Below, piece after piece: positions 1 to 8,244 of a stretch of 19,200 nt of DNA. The stretch spans positions 1 to 19,200 of the forward strand of contig JBHLMP010000059.1 in assembly GCA_048938025.1 (NCBI GenBank). Direction: 5' to 3'. Made by a program: the position numbers and the translations under genes. Source of the DNA: Promethearchaeota archaeon (GTDB lineage: Archaea; Asgardarchaeota; Lokiarchaeia; Sigyniarchaeales; SOKP01). Every line of letters starts with the position of its first letter. The first letter of the stretch is position 1. The notes beneath the pieces were generated by a model. The model did no database searches. It saw only the letters and a list, made by a program, of their open reading frames with translations, and was not told the origin of the DNA.

Positions 1-350
1 CAATTGGTTGGATTAGGATCGAGATAACTATGTATATATCCCTGAGATTTTGTAGGAAATGGCAAATCTCCTTTCTTGTTTTTTTGAATATTTCTCAAAC
101 CACAGTAGCTAACATCATTCTCAGAAAGGGAACATTCATTTATACAATAATTACATTTTAATTTAATATTAGGCCTTTCTGCTTTCGGAGGTTTATCGGG
201 TAATTCTACAAGTTGTCTAACTTGTTTATGCACTGATAGAATATAGGGTTTAATTAAATTCCAATCTCCTTCTAAAATACAATTCCTACATATCTGTAGA
301 ACCTCAGAGATTAGCCTATCGGTTTTTCCACAAAAATTACAAGTTCCCAT
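1..350 (-). CDS. Radical SAM protein, archaeal PflA/pyruvate formate-lyase activating enzyme-like family; only the 5' part is in the window
   Basis: Not in the ORF track. ATG at 350 reads MGTCNFCGKTDRLISEVLQICRNCI...KCNYCINECSLSENDVSYCGLRN...YLDPNPTN(C) with no stop before the window edge. The CxxC...CxxC N-terminus, CxxCxxxC...CGLR and DPxPTNC match this family as recalled. The catalytic CxxxCxxC motif would lie outside the window. The gene starts 2 nt after the stop of the upstream methyltransferase. Confidence 0.7.
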   Translation of the reverse strand, partial: MGTCNFCGKTDRLISEVLQICRNCILEGDWNLIKPYILSVHKQVRQLVELPDKPPKAERPNIKLKCNYCINECSLSENDVSYCGLRNIQKNKKGDLPFPTKSQGYIHSYLDPNPTN

Positions 351-352
351 GT

Positions 353-1000
353 TTATTCTTTTTTCTTTAATAGTAAAAAAGTTTGACCAGTTTTCTGTTT
401 AGGTTTGCTTTTTACCATAAATCCTTCAAACCCATTATTAATGAATGATTTATTAAAAATATTTAACTCTTTATCATCTTTTGGAAAAAATTCAATAATC
501 ACTCTTCCATTCTGTCTCAAAATTTTGTATAAATATTTAGCTGTATCATTTAAGAGTTTAACCTTCTCACCATAATTACTTCTTCCATGAGTTATAAAGT
601 TATATGATGAAATAGAAATAATATGATCAATAATGTTAGTCCTTATTGGTAACAAATTAATATCTGCTAAGATCAATTCTATGCCGTTATCCTTTTCATA
701 TCTTGTTTTTTTTTCTCTCGCTCTTGTAATCATATCCCATAAAATATCCACTCCTATTACTCTAAAACCTTGTTCATTTAGAATTTCTGATGAGAATCCT
801 GTTCCGCATCCTAAATCTAGAATTAAAAAGGAGCCATTCTTTTCCCTTTTATCATTCAACATATTATCGAAAAGATATTGAATACTTAATAACGTGGATC
901 TTTTCTGATTGCGTTCCATCCATTTTGAATTATCATATTCATCAACTTTGTCATTAATATAATCATCAGGGAATTGAGGAAGACGATTTTTTCTTACCAA
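353..1000 (-). CDS. Class I SAM-dependent methyltransferase, Bud23/WBSCR22-like
   Basis: Motif I ILDLGCGTG, plus VIGVDI, LPIRTNIIDHIISISS and IEFFPKDDKE...GFEG...FLLL. These resemble Bud23 motifs along the whole length. TTG start preceded by gtgatc. Confidence 0.8.
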   Translation of the reverse strand: MVRKNRLPQFPDDYINDKVDEYDNSKWMERNQKRSTLLSIQYLFDNMLNDKREKNGSFLILDLGCGTGFSSEILNEQGFRVIGVDILWDMITRAREKKTRYEKDNGIELILADINLLPIRTNIIDHIISISSYNFITHGRSNYGEKVKLLNDTAKYLYKILRQNGRVIIEFFPKDDKELNIFNKSFINNGFEGFMVKSKPKQKTGQTFLLLKKKE

Positions 1001-1004
1001 GACT

Positions 1005-1052
1005 GATCACATATATATAAACAATTTAAATATATAAATAACCTAAAATCAA
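1005..1052. repeat. Direct repeat copy 1 (48 bp), upstream region of the methyltransferase gene
   Basis: gatcacatatatataaacaatttaaatatataaataacctaaaatcaa matches 2423-2469 at 44 of 48 positions (3 substitutions, 1 gap). Confidence 0.85.
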
Positions 1053-1103
1053 CTAAGTTGGAACTAATGTTATGTCTTGCATTAGGTTTGATGGTCTTTC
1101 TGT

Positions 1104-2273
1104 TTATACGGTTTCAATAAGTTTATAGATATTTCCATCAAAAGCACAGAAGTATAATTCACTAGAAGCATCAATTCCGAATGATGTTATTTCTAAGTCA
1201 GTATTTACTAATATAGTATTATTGGTTTTGTGTATACCATCATATTCAAGTGCCCATATTTGTCCATATTCGTAATCTCCGTATATATAGCTACCAGTTA
1301 AATTTAACAGACTTGGGCCATAATATACAAAGCCTCCTATAATTGAATGACCTACATCATGGCTATATTCAAAAATAGGCAATTCGAGGTTGGTTGTGTC
1401 ACATGCAAAAGGTAGTAAATAACAATGCGCACCTTCCATAATATTCCAACCATAATTTTTCCCTTTTTCGATAATGTCAATTTCTTCCCAGCTGCTTTGT
1501 CCATTATCTGCTGCCCAGAGCCATCCAGTCTCATTATCAAAACTGAAACGCCAAGGGTTTCTTAATCCATAAGCATAGATCTCTCTTCTATAGGTGGTAT
1601 TCATAAATGGATTATCAGGAGGAATACTATATGGATCTCCTGAATCAACATCAATTCGTAAGATCGATCCTAATAGTGTGTTTAAATTCTGAGCATTACC
1701 GTATGGATCTCCTCCACTACCTCCGTCCCCTAATCCGATATATAGGTAGTCATCTGGTCCAAAAATAATTTGACCACCATTATGATTTGTAAAAGGTTGT
1801 TCAACCGATAAAATATTTATTTCGCTGCTACTATTAGCCTTATTTGGATCGGTTGAATTTACGGTAAAGCGTGAAATTATAGTCCTACGGGGATCATCAG
1901 TGACATAATCAATATAAAAATATCCATTTATGTTATAATTAGGATGGAAAGCTAATCCTAATAAACCCATTTCTCCTTGAAAAATCACTTTTTCTTGAAT
2001 ATCAAGAAATACTTCTCTTTTGGTGACATTCACGGTATTATTAAAAACATAAATTATGCCTTTTTGTTCAAGAATAAATATTCGATTTGTTCCATCACCA
2101 GGTTCATAAATACCCACTGGATGATTAAAAGTAAGATTTGGGAAAGCTAATTTAATATTATAATTATATATTTTCTTCTTCTCCGTTGAAAGAGAATTCC
2201 AACCTATTAAAAAACCCGTAACTGATATAATAATAAATATTAAAATTAACAGCACTTTCTGATTCTTCTTCAA
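1104..2273 (-). CDS. PQQ-dependent glucose/sorbosone dehydrogenase family (beta-propeller) with N-terminal membrane anchor
   Basis: GEMGLLGLAFHPNY, NHNGGQIIFGPDDYLYIGLGDGG, EIYAYGLRNPWRFSFD and GKNYGW motifs; hydrophobic N-terminal helix; TTG start with upstream GGGGA. Confidence 0.9.
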   Translation of the reverse strand: MKKNQKVLLILIFIIISVTGFLIGWNSLSTEKKKIYNYNIKLAFPNLTFNHPVGIYEPGDGTNRIFILEQKGIIYVFNNTVNVTKREVFLDIQEKVIFQGEMGLLGLAFHPNYNINGYFYIDYVTDDPRRTIISRFTVNSTDPNKANSSSEINILSVEQPFTNHNGGQIIFGPDDYLYIGLGDGGSGGDPYGNAQNLNTLLGSILRIDVDSGDPYSIPPDNPFMNTTYRREIYAYGLRNPWRFSFDNETGWLWAADNGQSSWEEIDIIEKGKNYGWNIMEGAHCYLLPFACDTTNLELPIFEYSHDVGHSIIGGFVYYGPSLLNLTGSYIYGDYEYGQIWALEYDGIHKTNNTILVNTDLEITSFGIDASSELYFCAFDGNIYKLIETV

Positions 2274-2422
2274 AATTAAATCCCCAATAGGTTTGTTGCC
2301 ATAATAAAAAAAGCATATCAGAAATTTTAATAGTTTTTGCTTATAAAGTAAAAGGCTATTAATTAGAAAACACGTTATTTAAAGGATATATAAAAAAGCA
2401 AATATTATTTCTTGTTAATTAA

Positions 2423-2469
2423 GATCACATATATAAAAATGATTTAAATATATAAATAACTAAAATCAA
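2423..2469. repeat. Direct repeat copy 2 (47 bp)
   Basis: gatcacatatataaaaatgatttaaatatataaataactaaaatcaa; see copy 1 at 1005-1052. Confidence 0.85.
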
Positions 2470-2545
2470 TATAGGTATAGAGAAATTAATTTAAAATTAA
2501 TTGGTGAATTTTAAGACAAGAAATTTTAAAAAATAGAGGAAAAAA

Positions 2546-2950
2546 ATGTCTGAAATTCTGATTGTTGATGATGAGCCTGATATTGTGAGTTTAACGCAAA
2601 AATTTTTGGAATTGGGGGGTTTCAATACAATTACTTGTAATAACGGGAAGGAGGCATTAAAAATTGTTGAAGAAAGATATAAAGATATCTCGCTTATACT
2701 ACTTGATATTATGATGCCTGGAAAATCAGGTTATGCTGTTCTTGAAGAAATTAAAACTAATGAAAAATATAAACATATTATTGTAGTTTTATTTACAGTA
2801 AAAAGTTTTAATGAAGATGTTCAAAAAGGAAAAAAGTTAGGGGCCGATGCCTATATAACTAAACCATTTTCAGGCAAGGAACTATTAAAAAGAATAAAAG
2901 AAATCTTAGAAAAAAAAGATAAAGAAGAGGATGAAGAAAAAGAAGACTAA
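2546..2950 (+). CDS. Stand-alone response regulator receiver (CheY-like) with acidic tail
   Basis: ILIVDDE, phospho-acceptor LLDIMMP, conserved T and YITKPF; no output domain; GAGG upstream. Confidence 0.95.
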   Translation: MSEILIVDDEPDIVSLTQKFLELGGFNTITCNNGKEALKIVEERYKDISLILLDIMMPGKSGYAVLEEIKTNEKYKHIIVVLFTVKSFNEDVQKGKKLGADAYITKPFSGKELLKRIKEILEKKDKEEDEEKED

Positions 2951-3133
2951 TTTTTCATAAACTTTACAATTAAGCTTTAATGATTCTTTTTTACTTAACT
3001 TAAATTATCAATCTCGAGATCAATATCAATTTCTAGTTAATAAAATTTTAACAAAACTTATTAATATAAAGGAACGAAAAGATAGATTATTCAAATATTT
3101 AAAATTGAAAAATAACAGAGAGTATGCTCTAAA

Positions 3134-3811
3134 ATGGTGTATGAAGCAGAACCAGATAGAATCCCTTTTATAAAACAATATTTCTCTGTCATCATATTAG
3201 CCGCAAATATTATAGTATTTATTTGGCAATTAATGGATCCTGCAGGAGATATGCATATTGAAGCTGCTTTTGTTCCATCTGATTTCTTTAAAGGTAAAAA
3301 TTTATGGACCTTATTTAGCTCCATGTTTATGCATGGAGATATTGTACATATAACCATGAACATGTGGTTTTTCTTTGTAATAACTGATAATTGTGAACAT
3401 GCTATGGGGCACATCTTATATCTAATTACCTATTTCGCATCAGGGTTGTTTGGCAGTTTACTTCACGCTTTGAGCACATTAATCATTCCAATATCAGGAT
3501 TTGAAGATATCCCTTCACTAGGAGCTTCTGGAGCAATTTTTGGCCTTATGGCAGTTTATGCGATTTTATATCCTGGTAATAAATTTTATATTCCCTCTAC
3601 AACAGGCATGACAATGCGAAAAGTAGGTGCGGCAGTTTTTATCGTTACTTACTTTATAGCTGAATTAGCTTATGCTGTATATTCGATCGCTTTTCCCTTA
3701 GGTTCCCAAACTGCGCACTTTGCTCATGTAGGTGGATTTGTGGCTGGAGCAATAATAGCTGTAGTATTTAAAGGAGTAAAAGGTACATCGTATAAGAAAA
3801 AACCAAAATAA
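3134..3811 (+). CDS. Rhomboid family intramembrane serine protease
   Basis: FMHGDIVHITMNM (HxxxN), catalytic GASGA and AHFAHVGG; several transmembrane helices. Confidence 0.93.
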   Translation: MVYEAEPDRIPFIKQYFSVIILAANIIVFIWQLMDPAGDMHIEAAFVPSDFFKGKNLWTLFSSMFMHGDIVHITMNMWFFFVITDNCEHAMGHILYLITYFASGLFGSLLHALSTLIIPISGFEDIPSLGASGAIFGLMAVYAILYPGNKFYIPSTTGMTMRKVGAAVFIVTYFIAELAYAVYSIAFPLGSQTAHFAHVGGFVAGAIIAVVFKGVKGTSYKKKPK

Positions 3812-3927
3812 TCCTTTTTTTTATTATTTTTCTTTAATCTTGTTTTCTTATTTTTATCAAATTTTTTGAATAAAGGATAATTTAAAATATAATTAATGTA
3901 AAAAAATTTTGAAATATTCTTCTTAAA

Positions 3928-5286
3928 ATGTCTACAAATATAGTTGTAATTGGTATGGGATATGTTGGTATCCCAATGGCAGCTTTGTTGGCAGATGTAA
4001 ATGATTTTTATGTTACTGGAATTCAACGAAAGTCGAAAAGATCAGGATGGAAAATAGATTGGCTCAATAATGGGAAGAATCCTTTCGAGGGAGAGGAACC
4101 AGGATTAGATGAGCTGATAGATAGAGTTGTAAAGAGAGGCAAATTTAAAGTCACAGATAAATATGATGATGTTGATGATGCTGATTTTATTCTCATTGAT
4201 GTACAAACACCAGTGGATTTATACTCTAAAATTCCTCGATATGAATCATTAGAAGAAGTTTCTAAAAAAATTTCAAAACATTTAAAAAAAGGAGTCACGA
4301 TCATAATTGAATCCACGGTAGCACCAGGGACAACCGGTAATATAGTTCAACCAATATTAGAAGAAGGCAGTGGATTAAAAAGAGGAAAAGATTTTTTTCT
4401 AATATTTTCATTCGAACGAGTTATGCCAGGAAAAATGCTCGAATACATAACTGACATGGAAAAAGTAATTGGAGGAGGGTGTGATGAAGCAAATAAAAAG
4501 GCGAAATTCTTATATGAGAAAGTAATTAAGAAAAATATAAGAGTTACTGACACATTAACAGCAGAATTAACGAAATGCATCGAAAATACTTATAGGGATG
4601 TTAATATTGCTTTTGCTAATGAAATGGCGTTGTTATGTGAAGATTTTAATAGAGATATATTTGAAATTATAGAATTGATAAACCAAAGGCATGATAGAAT
4701 GATGCATTATCCTGGTTCTGGTGTAGGTGGTCACTGTCTTACGAAAGACCCTCATTTACTCGAGTATGGTCACCGTACGTATACAGAACATAAATATAAT
4801 TCTGATATCTTGTTGAAGGCAAGAGAATTGAACGATTTCATGCCTCGCCATATGGTAGAGTTGATGGAGGATACGTTTAGAGAATCACACAGATTAGTAG
4901 ATAATATTAAAGTAGTTCTTCTAGGAGTTTCTTATAAGGCAAATACAGATGACACAAGAAATACCCCCACTGAAAACATAGTTAAAGTATTAAAAAGTAG
5001 GTATCATTCTCATAATATAATTTTTATAGCACACGATCCTTACGTTAAAGAGCGAGAATACAAGGAAACTGAACTTACTGATGATTTTGATAAGGCAGTT
5101 TCCGGAGCAGATGTTCTCATTTTTGTTACCAATCACCATGAATATTATAATATTGATCTCGACGATCTTAAGAAGAAGGTTAGAACCCCGATTATTATTG
5201 ATGGTAGAAATATTTTTAATAAAAAATTAGTTGAACAAAAAGGTTTCATCTATCGTAAAGTTGGAGAAGGACCTAAGAAACCTTGA
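3928..5286 (+). CDS. Nucleotide-sugar dehydrogenase (UDP-ManNAc/UDP-GlcNAc 6-dehydrogenase, WecC/WbpA-like)
   Basis: GMGYVG Rossmann motif, ESTVAPGTT, ENTYRDVNIAFANE, catalytic GVGGHCL, YKANTDDTRNTP and IIDGRN. Confidence 0.93.
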   Translation: MSTNIVVIGMGYVGIPMAALLADVNDFYVTGIQRKSKRSGWKIDWLNNGKNPFEGEEPGLDELIDRVVKRGKFKVTDKYDDVDDADFILIDVQTPVDLYSKIPRYESLEEVSKKISKHLKKGVTIIIESTVAPGTTGNIVQPILEEGSGLKRGKDFFLIFSFERVMPGKMLEYITDMEKVIGGGCDEANKKAKFLYEKVIKKNIRVTDTLTAELTKCIENTYRDVNIAFANEMALLCEDFNRDIFEIIELINQRHDRMMHYPGSGVGGHCLTKDPHLLEYGHRTYTEHKYNSDILLKARELNDFMPRHMVELMEDTFRESHRLVDNIKVVLLGVSYKANTDDTRNTPTENIVKVLKSRYHSHNIIFIAHDPYVKEREYKETELTDDFDKAVSGADVLIFVTNHHEYYNIDLDDLKKKVRTPIIIDGRNIFNKKLVEQKGFIYRKVGEGPKKP

Positions 5287-5330
5287 AAAATATTAGAATA
5301 TCTTATAGAACTTGTAATTAAAACTTATCT

Positions 5331-5471
5331 TTATCGTTCTTTTTTCTTTAACTTTTCTTCTTGGTGTTTAAACTTTAATGCTCGTTTATGCCACATGTTA
5401 ATTAATGAACAACTAGTATAATAGCAATCATCATCAAAGCCCAAATCTAAATAATCTTCTTTTTCATCCAT
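5331..5471 (-). CDS. 46-aa microprotein, Cys-containing paralogue of 5649-5798
   Basis: Below the ORF-track cutoff. MDEKEDYLDLGFDDDCYYTSCSLINMWHKRALKFKHQEEKLKKKER, running ATG 5471 to TAA 5331. Upstream AAGGG; aligns with the neighbouring ORF. Confidence 0.65.
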   Translation of the reverse strand: MDEKEDYLDLGFDDDCYYTSCSLINMWHKRALKFKHQEEKLKKKER

Positions 5472-5584
5472 CTTATAATACCCTTTAAATTCTTATAAAT
5501 TTCAACATAAATAAGGGTTAAAAAAGTACTGTTTATAAAAAATAGAAGAAGAATGATTATTATTAATTATTAATAAATACATTC

Positions 5585-5646
5585 TCTCAAGTTCTTGCAG
5601 AACTTTAAAATTAAATCCTAACATTTGACGATTTAATTCTCTGAGA
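5585..5646 (-). promoter_or_regulatory. Structured 3' element (two hairpins closed by a short stem) directly after the TGA-containing ORF
   Basis: Minus strand: UCUCA ... AGAAUUAAAUC/GAUUUAAUUUU (11 bp, one G-U) ... AAGUUCU-GCA-AGAACUU ... UGAGA. It begins 2 nt after the TAA at 5649. Confidence 0.4.
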
Positions 5647-5648
5647 TA

Positions 5649-5798
5649 TTAATTATTTAGTTTTGATGATTTTTTGGCATGTCGTCGTTTTTTTATACTA
5701 CGAATGCAGCTTATAATTCCATCAACAATGCCTCAACCTGTACAATATTGTTCCGTTTCATATTCACTGTTGTCTAATTTATTTTTCCACTCAGACAT
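5649..5798 (-). CDS. 49-aa microprotein with an in-frame TGA in a CxxU motif: candidate selenoprotein, or a nonsense pseudogene
   Basis: MSEWKNKLDNSEYETEQYCTG(TGA at 5733-5735)GIVDGIISCIRSIKKRRHAKKSSKLNN then TAA. Alternative ATG at 5804. The TGA aligns with Cys21 of the adjacent paralogue. Confidence 0.55.
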
Positions 5799-5976
5799 AT
5801 TCATCCACAGGTTCTAATATTTTTTAATTGAAAATATTAATAAGAAAATAAATAGATTGTTGTTTTAAATAATAACAGTTCAAAAACTACTTTTACATTA
5901 ATTTTATTAAAAGACTAGCAATTGTTAAAATTAGTAGAAAATTTTGTTCTTCAAACCATTTGAAAATTGATATGAA

Positions 5977-6615
5977 ATGACCTCAAAAAATAATATTAAA
6001 ACAATAGTATTTGACCTAGGAGGGGTGTATTTCACTCGTGGTTCTCATTTAGCAATTGAAAAAATAATTGACATTTATAGCATTGAAGATCAACAATCAG
6101 TAAGAGAGTTCTTCAGAGATAGTTATAAAAAAGAAGGGCATAAGTTAAGATTAGGATTAATTAATATGGATGAGTTTGAAGAAGCATTTGTAGCAAATTT
6201 CAATATAAACATTGATAATATCCACCATATACGCAATATCTGGTTTGGATCTTACGTTCCCCATTATAAAATGAAAGATTTGGTTTTAGATTTAAAAAAT
6301 TTTAGACTAATTGTATTTAGTGGAAATATTAAGGAGAGAGTTGAATTCCTTGATACTCGATATAATTTTCTTAAATATTTTGATAGTTATTTGTTTAGTT
6401 ATGATTATAAAAAAAATAAAAATGATATTGCGTTTTATAAAGAACTCTTAAATCATCTCAACTGTAAACCGTCTGAAGCAATTATGATTGATGATGAGAA
6501 TAAAAATATTAAAATGGCTAAGTCTTTAGGTTTAAATGCAATATTGTATTATTATACCGAACAACTTGTAGAAGAATTAAAAAAATATAACATCCCAATA
6601 AGTATTAAGATATAA
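5977..6615 (+). CDS. HAD-superfamily hydrolase (YihX-like phosphatase)
   Basis: Motif I VFDLGGV, motif II FSGN, motif III K and motif IV MIDD...NI...A...G. Confidence 0.88.
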   Translation: MTSKNNIKTIVFDLGGVYFTRGSHLAIEKIIDIYSIEDQQSVREFFRDSYKKEGHKLRLGLINMDEFEEAFVANFNINIDNIHHIRNIWFGSYVPHYKMKDLVLDLKNFRLIVFSGNIKERVEFLDTRYNFLKYFDSYLFSYDYKKNKNDIAFYKELLNHLNCKPSEAIMIDDENKNIKMAKSLGLNAILYYYTEQLVEELKKYNIPISIKI

Positions 6616-6632
6616 AATCAAATTCAAAAAAA

Positions 6633-6965
6633 ATGGCTGCAATTAAAGAATTAAAAAAGGAACTTGCCGAAATAAACTCTGCTGTAAGAGAATTATCGGA
6701 CAAAGTGATTCAAGTAAGCAATAAGCTTTCAGTAAGTATGGATAAAGTCGCTACAGAATTAAATGAAACTAATTTAGCGATAAGAGAAAGTTTGAAATTG
6801 ACTTCCGAGACTATTAAAGAAATGAGTAAAGCATTTTCAAAAGCATTGGAGGATACTATGAACAACATGCAAGAAATGAAAATCCAGATGGACATTCGAG
6901 ATACTGTTCTTAAAAGTCTGGGAATTGATGGTATAATTCCAGATTTTCTTAAGAAAAAAAAATGA
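6633..6965 (+). CDS. Hypothetical coiled-coil protein
   Basis: 110 aa with periodic hydrophobic residues over about 90 aa; ends LGIDGIIPDFLKKKK; 17 nt after the HAD gene. Confidence 0.75.
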   Translation: MAAIKELKKELAEINSAVRELSDKVIQVSNKLSVSMDKVATELNETNLAIRESLKLTSETIKEMSKAFSKALEDTMNNMQEMKIQMDIRDTVLKSLGIDGIIPDFLKKKK

Positions 6966-6979
6966 TAAAATGAGTTATA

Positions 6980-7174
6980 TCAAATAGTCTCTTCTTTTTG
7001 CCAGTATTTTATGACAAAATACATTATTATAAGAGAAATAATATAGACTACGGTAATTAATGACCATATAATGACTTCATTTGTTTTTTCTAAAAAAGCG
7101 GCGTATATTGCCCTATATATGAAGAAAATACTGAGAAGTGATAATAATTGAATTCGATACCTTAATTTATCCAT
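6980..7174 (-). CDS. Small membrane protein with two transmembrane helices
   Basis: 64 aa with two hydrophobic segments; fills the gap between neighbours without overlap. Confidence 0.65.
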   Translation of the reverse strand: MDKLRYRIQLLSLLSIFFIYRAIYAAFLEKTNEVIIWSLITVVYIISLIIMYFVIKYWQKEETI

Positions 7175-7268
7175 AATTCTGAAAAATTTTTATTTAATAG
7201 TTAAAATATTATATTACTTAAAATTAAAAGTATAAAAAAGATTTAATTATATTCAATTATATTTAATT

Positions 7269-7484
7269 ATGAAGCCGACCCCAACTGAAAGGACACCTCC
7301 CTTATGTTATATATGTGGGAAAAGTTGTGAAGATTCAGTAGAGGATTTATATTATTGTATTTGTGATGTTGTTATTTGCCATAGTTGTATAAATACTGTC
7401 AAAAAGAACGATCAAACTTGGGTTTGTCCACATTGTAAGGAAGCCAATGATGTAGAAAAAAGCAAATTATTTAGATCAACTTGA
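7269..7484 (+). CDS. Stand-alone C4C4 RING-type zinc finger protein
   Basis: C-x2-C-x13-C-x-C-x4-C-x2-C-x12-C-P-x-C. Confidence 0.75.
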   Translation: MKPTPTERTPPLCYICGKSCEDSVEDLYYCICDVVICHSCINTVKKNDQTWVCPHCKEANDVEKSKLFRST

Positions 7485-7660
7485 ACTCATTTTCTTTTTT
7501 AACTAAATAGTTGCCTATGATGAAAATAATTATATTATGATTTAAAATCCTTAAAAATGAATTAATTGAGGAAGTCTGAGGCATTTATAATATATAAATT
7601 ATTAAATAGTTTCAAAATTTTAATTATTTAAAAGTCATAACTAAAAAGTTGATTTCACTA

Positions 7661-8155
7661 ATGAGTAGTAATATTATATCAAAAGTCTTAGAAATTAATA
7701 ATTGTGAAAAAGAAACTCTTATTAGAGCATTATATAAAGCAGAATTTTGGGAAACCATTAAACCTACAAAAAAATTAGAAGCTGAATTTGTAGCTCCAAA
7801 TATTTTATATACTAAAGTGTATGATGAAATTGATTTGATTAAAGTTCCTATTGAAATGGAAGGTGAATTAGTTCTCACAGATAAAGGAGAACAAGGAGAA
7901 AAAGGACGATTAATAGAATTAAACGTTCGAAATAATAAAGACGTTAGAAACTTAGAGGGGAGGATAAGAATCAAAGAAATTACTCCTAATAAAACTAAAC
8001 TTGGTATATTTATAACTACTTTTACATTAAGTAGTGATTTTTTGAATTTGATGGGGAAGAGTGTTGCAGAACTGGTTTTGAGACGCAAAATAAGTGATAT
8101 GACAAGGAATTTAGATAATTTTTGTAAAATTAACTCATTAAGTAGTCTATTATAA
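7661..8155 (+). CDS. Hypothetical protein, possible SRPBCC/START/CoxG-like fold
   Basis: Track ORF 7649-8155, with ATG 7661 preferred over TTG 7649. Pattern of beta strand, short helices, alternating beta strands and a long C-terminal helix. The fold call is inference. Confidence 0.6.
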   Translation: MSSNIISKVLEINNCEKETLIRALYKAEFWETIKPTKKLEAEFVAPNILYTKVYDEIDLIKVPIEMEGELVLTDKGEQGEKGRLIELNVRNNKDVRNLEGRIRIKEITPNKTKLGIFITTFTLSSDFLNLMGKSVAELVLRRKISDMTRNLDNFCKINSLSSLL

Positions 8156-8244
8156 AATTACTTTATATTTTCCTTTTCAAAAGTAATATATTTCTGAAAT
8201 TTTTTAATATAAATAAGAGATATTTTGATGTCAAGGGTTAATAT

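Noticed and set aside
3005-3030. Palindrome atctcgagat with atcaat repeats
   Set aside because: Too short and a single instance.
5428-5468. AUGA...GA arrangement inside microprotein B, considered as a canonical SECIS for ORF A
   Set aside because: The upper stem pairs poorly and the motif is explained by Asp/Glu codons.
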